A stretch of 59,832 nt of DNA, the filler included, from Fonticula-like sp. SCN 57-25 (Eukaryota), in assembly GCA_001724245.1 (NCBI GenBank). It is 9 parts of 9 records of this genome, joined end to end, with 100 filler letters (N's around TTAATTAATTAA, not from the genome) between each part and the next. Parts side by side here need not be neighbours in the genome. Positions count along the whole stretch, not along the records: positions 53,320 to 59,832 come from MEDX01000439.1; 8 more parts are not named here. One strand, given 5' to 3'. The translations under genes were made by a program, and so were the position numbers. The notes under the pieces were generated by a model. It saw nothing but the letters and a program-made list of their open reading frames with translations. It did not search any database and was not told the DNA's origin. Shown here in pieces: positions 57,298 to 59,832 of the stretch. Position 1 is the stretch's first letter; each line of letters opens with the position of its first letter.

Positions 57298-59003
57298 CTA
57301 GTTGAACGTGCGAACAACATGGATGTTGTTTCCCTGAACAGTGATGGTACGGTTACGGGCGAGAACTTTGCACACAAGGGTTAGCTGGATGCAAAAGGAG
57401 ACGTGAGACGCGTACTGTTGACATCGCCATCGAAGATGACAAGCTTGGACGAGGCGACGGGGGCCTGGCTGTACGAGCCATTGCTGGTCGGGGCAGAGGC
57501 CGGCACCTTGGTGGGGTCAAACTCGCGGGAAGGGCGCGCGTAGTCAATACGAACGCTGAGCCCGTGCAGCTGAGCACCGTAAAGGCCCTTGTACGCGGCC
57601 TGCGTGGTGGTGGCATCGTCGTACTGGATGTAACCGATGCTGGATGAAGAAGGTTAGCAAACATCAAAAGCACTTTAAAGGCCAGCTGTTGCGCACCCCT
57701 TGGCAAGGCCAGTGTCGCGGTCGCGAGGGATCCGAGCGCTGACGACCATGCCAAACGGCTCACCGAGTGCCCGGAGATCCTCCTCGGTCGCCTCGTCGGG
57801 CAACGAACCAACAAAGATGGTATCCGTGTTGGACTTCTCGCCAAGGCCGGCGCTTCCGCCAGCTGAGGCGCCGCCACGAGGGCCCAAGCTGCCGGCAGGC
57901 ATCTGCTTACTCGTGGCGTAGTCGAGACGGATCGAGCGGCCGTCGAGGTCTTGACCGTTGGCTGCGAACGCCGCCGTCGCACTCTCGATAGCGGCGAACT
58001 GAACATATCCAAAGCCCTTGGGCTTGCCAGTGTCGCGGTCGGTAGCAAGACGCGTGCCGATGATCTCGCCATACTGAGAGAAAAAGTTGGCGAGCGACTC
58101 CTCGGTCGACTTGAACGAAAGTCCACCAACAAAAAGCGTATCGGTAGCGGGCTTGTCCGTCGAGTACTACCCCAAACATTAGCGATACACGCATTACGAC
58201 AATGAAAGATTGCGTACAGAGGACTCAATCGCGGGCGCGGAAGAAGCCCACTCGTCAACCTCGGCGGCAGGGGCCGTCGGCTCGGCAGTGGTGACCACGG
58301 AAGTAACAGAAGCGGTCGCCACCGGCGCGGCGGCGGGGGTAGCGGCGGAGCCCGCCAGCGGCCTCAGGAACTGGTCCTCTGTCTCCTCCTGGTTGCCGTA
58401 CTCGGTGTACGTCACAACATACCTGCCCTCACCAAGCACCTCAGAGATGCGAGCCTTGTACCACTCGTTATCCTCAGAGTACTGGCCCTCGCACTCGTCG
58501 CCGACCTTCCACTTGCTAGCAGGGGCAGCAGCTTGGACAGCAACCGGGGTCGCCTCAACAACAGCAACGGGTGCGGCAACGGGCTCGGCAACGGGTGCAG
58601 CAACGGGCTCGGCGACGGGTGCCGCAGCGGGCTCAGCAGCAGGAGCAGGGGCGGCGGCGGCAGCACCAGGAAGGGGACGCAAGAACTGATCTTCGGTCTC
58701 TTCCTGGTTACCGTACTCTGTGTATGTCACCAAGTAGTGACCAGGGCTCAGCACCTTCTCGATGCGCGCCTTGTACCACTCATTGTCCTCAGAATACTGA
58801 CCTTCGCAAAGATCGCCAACCTTCCACTGCAAAATAAAGAATCAGTAACCACTTCGGACAGGAAGAAAACAAAATAAATAAAAAAGCGAGCAGTAAAACA
58901 ATAATTTTAAAGAACACCACCTCGCAAAAAGACCGAGGACTTGGTCTTTTCCCGCCTACCCACTTCATTTCACTCTGCCGCCTCCAATTCGTACCGCGGC
59001 CAT
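57298..59003 (-). CDS. Tudor-Tudor-RRM-RRM protein
   Basis: Two SMN-like Tudors (WKVGD.C...YSED..WY.ARI...VTYTEYGNQEE); two RRMs (LFVGGL/KGFGYVQF; IFVGSL/KG.GYIQY); MAA first exon at 59003. Confidence 0.85.
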
Positions 59004-59376
59004 GGTTGCTGGCAGAAGAACTTTCACAAAATTTGCCAATTTGCCCTGACCAATCATTCATGAGCAGATGGTGATTTGTAGGATTTATAGGGAGGCTACT
59101 ACCTACATCTGCAACAATGTTGCAATGTGCAAATAGCCGCACTGACATAAGAGCCAATGGACATTATCTATGCGTTGATATTATTATGGTATTATAGCTG
59201 TGGCTTTCCATCGATACGGATGAATATGAATATGAGCGGATTCGAGAGGCATGAAATTTAGGACGTCGGGTACAAACGATTCTAGCATTATTACAGGACA
59301 TACTGTATAAATAAATGAATATAACAAAATTATGATATTGTACAAGATTCAGTGTGCTTCGCAATAAACATGCACG

Positions 59377-59832
59377 TCATTTGTCCCCGTCGCCCGCTCC
59401 TTGCTTCGGCACAAGATTCAAGACGCCATCGTCCGCGAGCGAGATGCGCGTCACTTTGTTGTCTCCCTCGATATCCTCAATCGTCCACCCCTTCTTCTCG
59501 TTGATCCACCCAAGGTGGTCGGCCACCAAATGATTGACTTGGCAGCCGCTGCACCTCATGATCACGACTCCTTTCTCATATGCAAGCTTTGATATTAGAC
59601 CAGAGGTACGAGCGTGGCATTTGCTGCACTTGAACTGGAGATAGTATTGACCACCTGCAGGAGACTTGGGCAAGCTCTCACTTGACGGACCAGTTGCTGG
59701 CGAAGAACTAAAAGGACGCGTATACAGATTCGGAACCGGAAACACTCGGCAGTGCGGGCGAGGTCTTGCAGCAGCATTCCCGACCAAACTGGTGGTACGA
59801 ACACATGCCGACCGCACAACAAATGAACAGCG
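59377..59832 (-). CDS. ZIM17: DNL-type zinc finger Zim17/Hep1 (5' partial)
   Basis: LQFKCSKC..R....ISKLAYEKGVVIMRCSGC...HLVADHLGW. Confidence 0.92.
   Translation of the reverse strand, partial: RCSFVVRSACVRTTSLVGNAAARPRPHCRVFPVPNLYTRPFSSSPATGPSSESLPKSPAGGQYYLQFKCSKCHARTSGLISKLAYEKGVVIMRCSGCQVNHLVADHLGWINEKKGWTIEDIEGDNKVTRISLADDGVLNLVPKQGAGDGDK

Noticed and set aside
1-59832. tRNA, rRNA, snRNA genes and CRISPR arrays
   Set aside because: None recognised by eye; small ncRNAs cannot be excluded without covariance-model searches

Overview
Eukaryotic DNA made of nine unlinked contigs of about 6.5-6.6 kb, roughly size-sorted and joined by artificial 100-nt N/TTAATTAATTAA/N spacers, so neighbourhoods across spacers mean nothing. 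Most contigs are gene-dense and GC-rich with short introns (GTACGY/GTGCGY donors, CTRAC branch points). Ssr4 and Nst1 point to a fungal or holomycotan genome, and contig 40067-46591 looks compositionally different. Recognisable genes: IRE1, AdoMetDC, a Drs2-type P4-ATPase, derlin, TIPIN/Csm3, Rpp20/Pop7, an SRSF1-like protein, ubinuclein/Hpc2, Mpv17, Zim17, two mitochondrial carriers, CBS, SGNH and alpha/beta hydrolase proteins. The most notable find is a soluble protein with about 14 ankyrin repeats, an IRE1-type kinase and a degenerate KEN domain. This is the RNase L architecture with the catalytic logic apparently inverted (kinase motifs kept, RNase residues lost). Also notable: a 59-aa CxxCxC microprotein gene missed by the ORF track and divergent from IRE1, a catalytically dead Crypton-type tyrosine recombinase with an intact ORF, a Rho pseudo-GTPase with a PB1-like tail, a Tudor-Tudor-RRM-RRM protein and E2F-like promoter sites. 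All family calls come from motif recognition by eye; no database searches were run, and exon boundaries are inferred from splice consensus.
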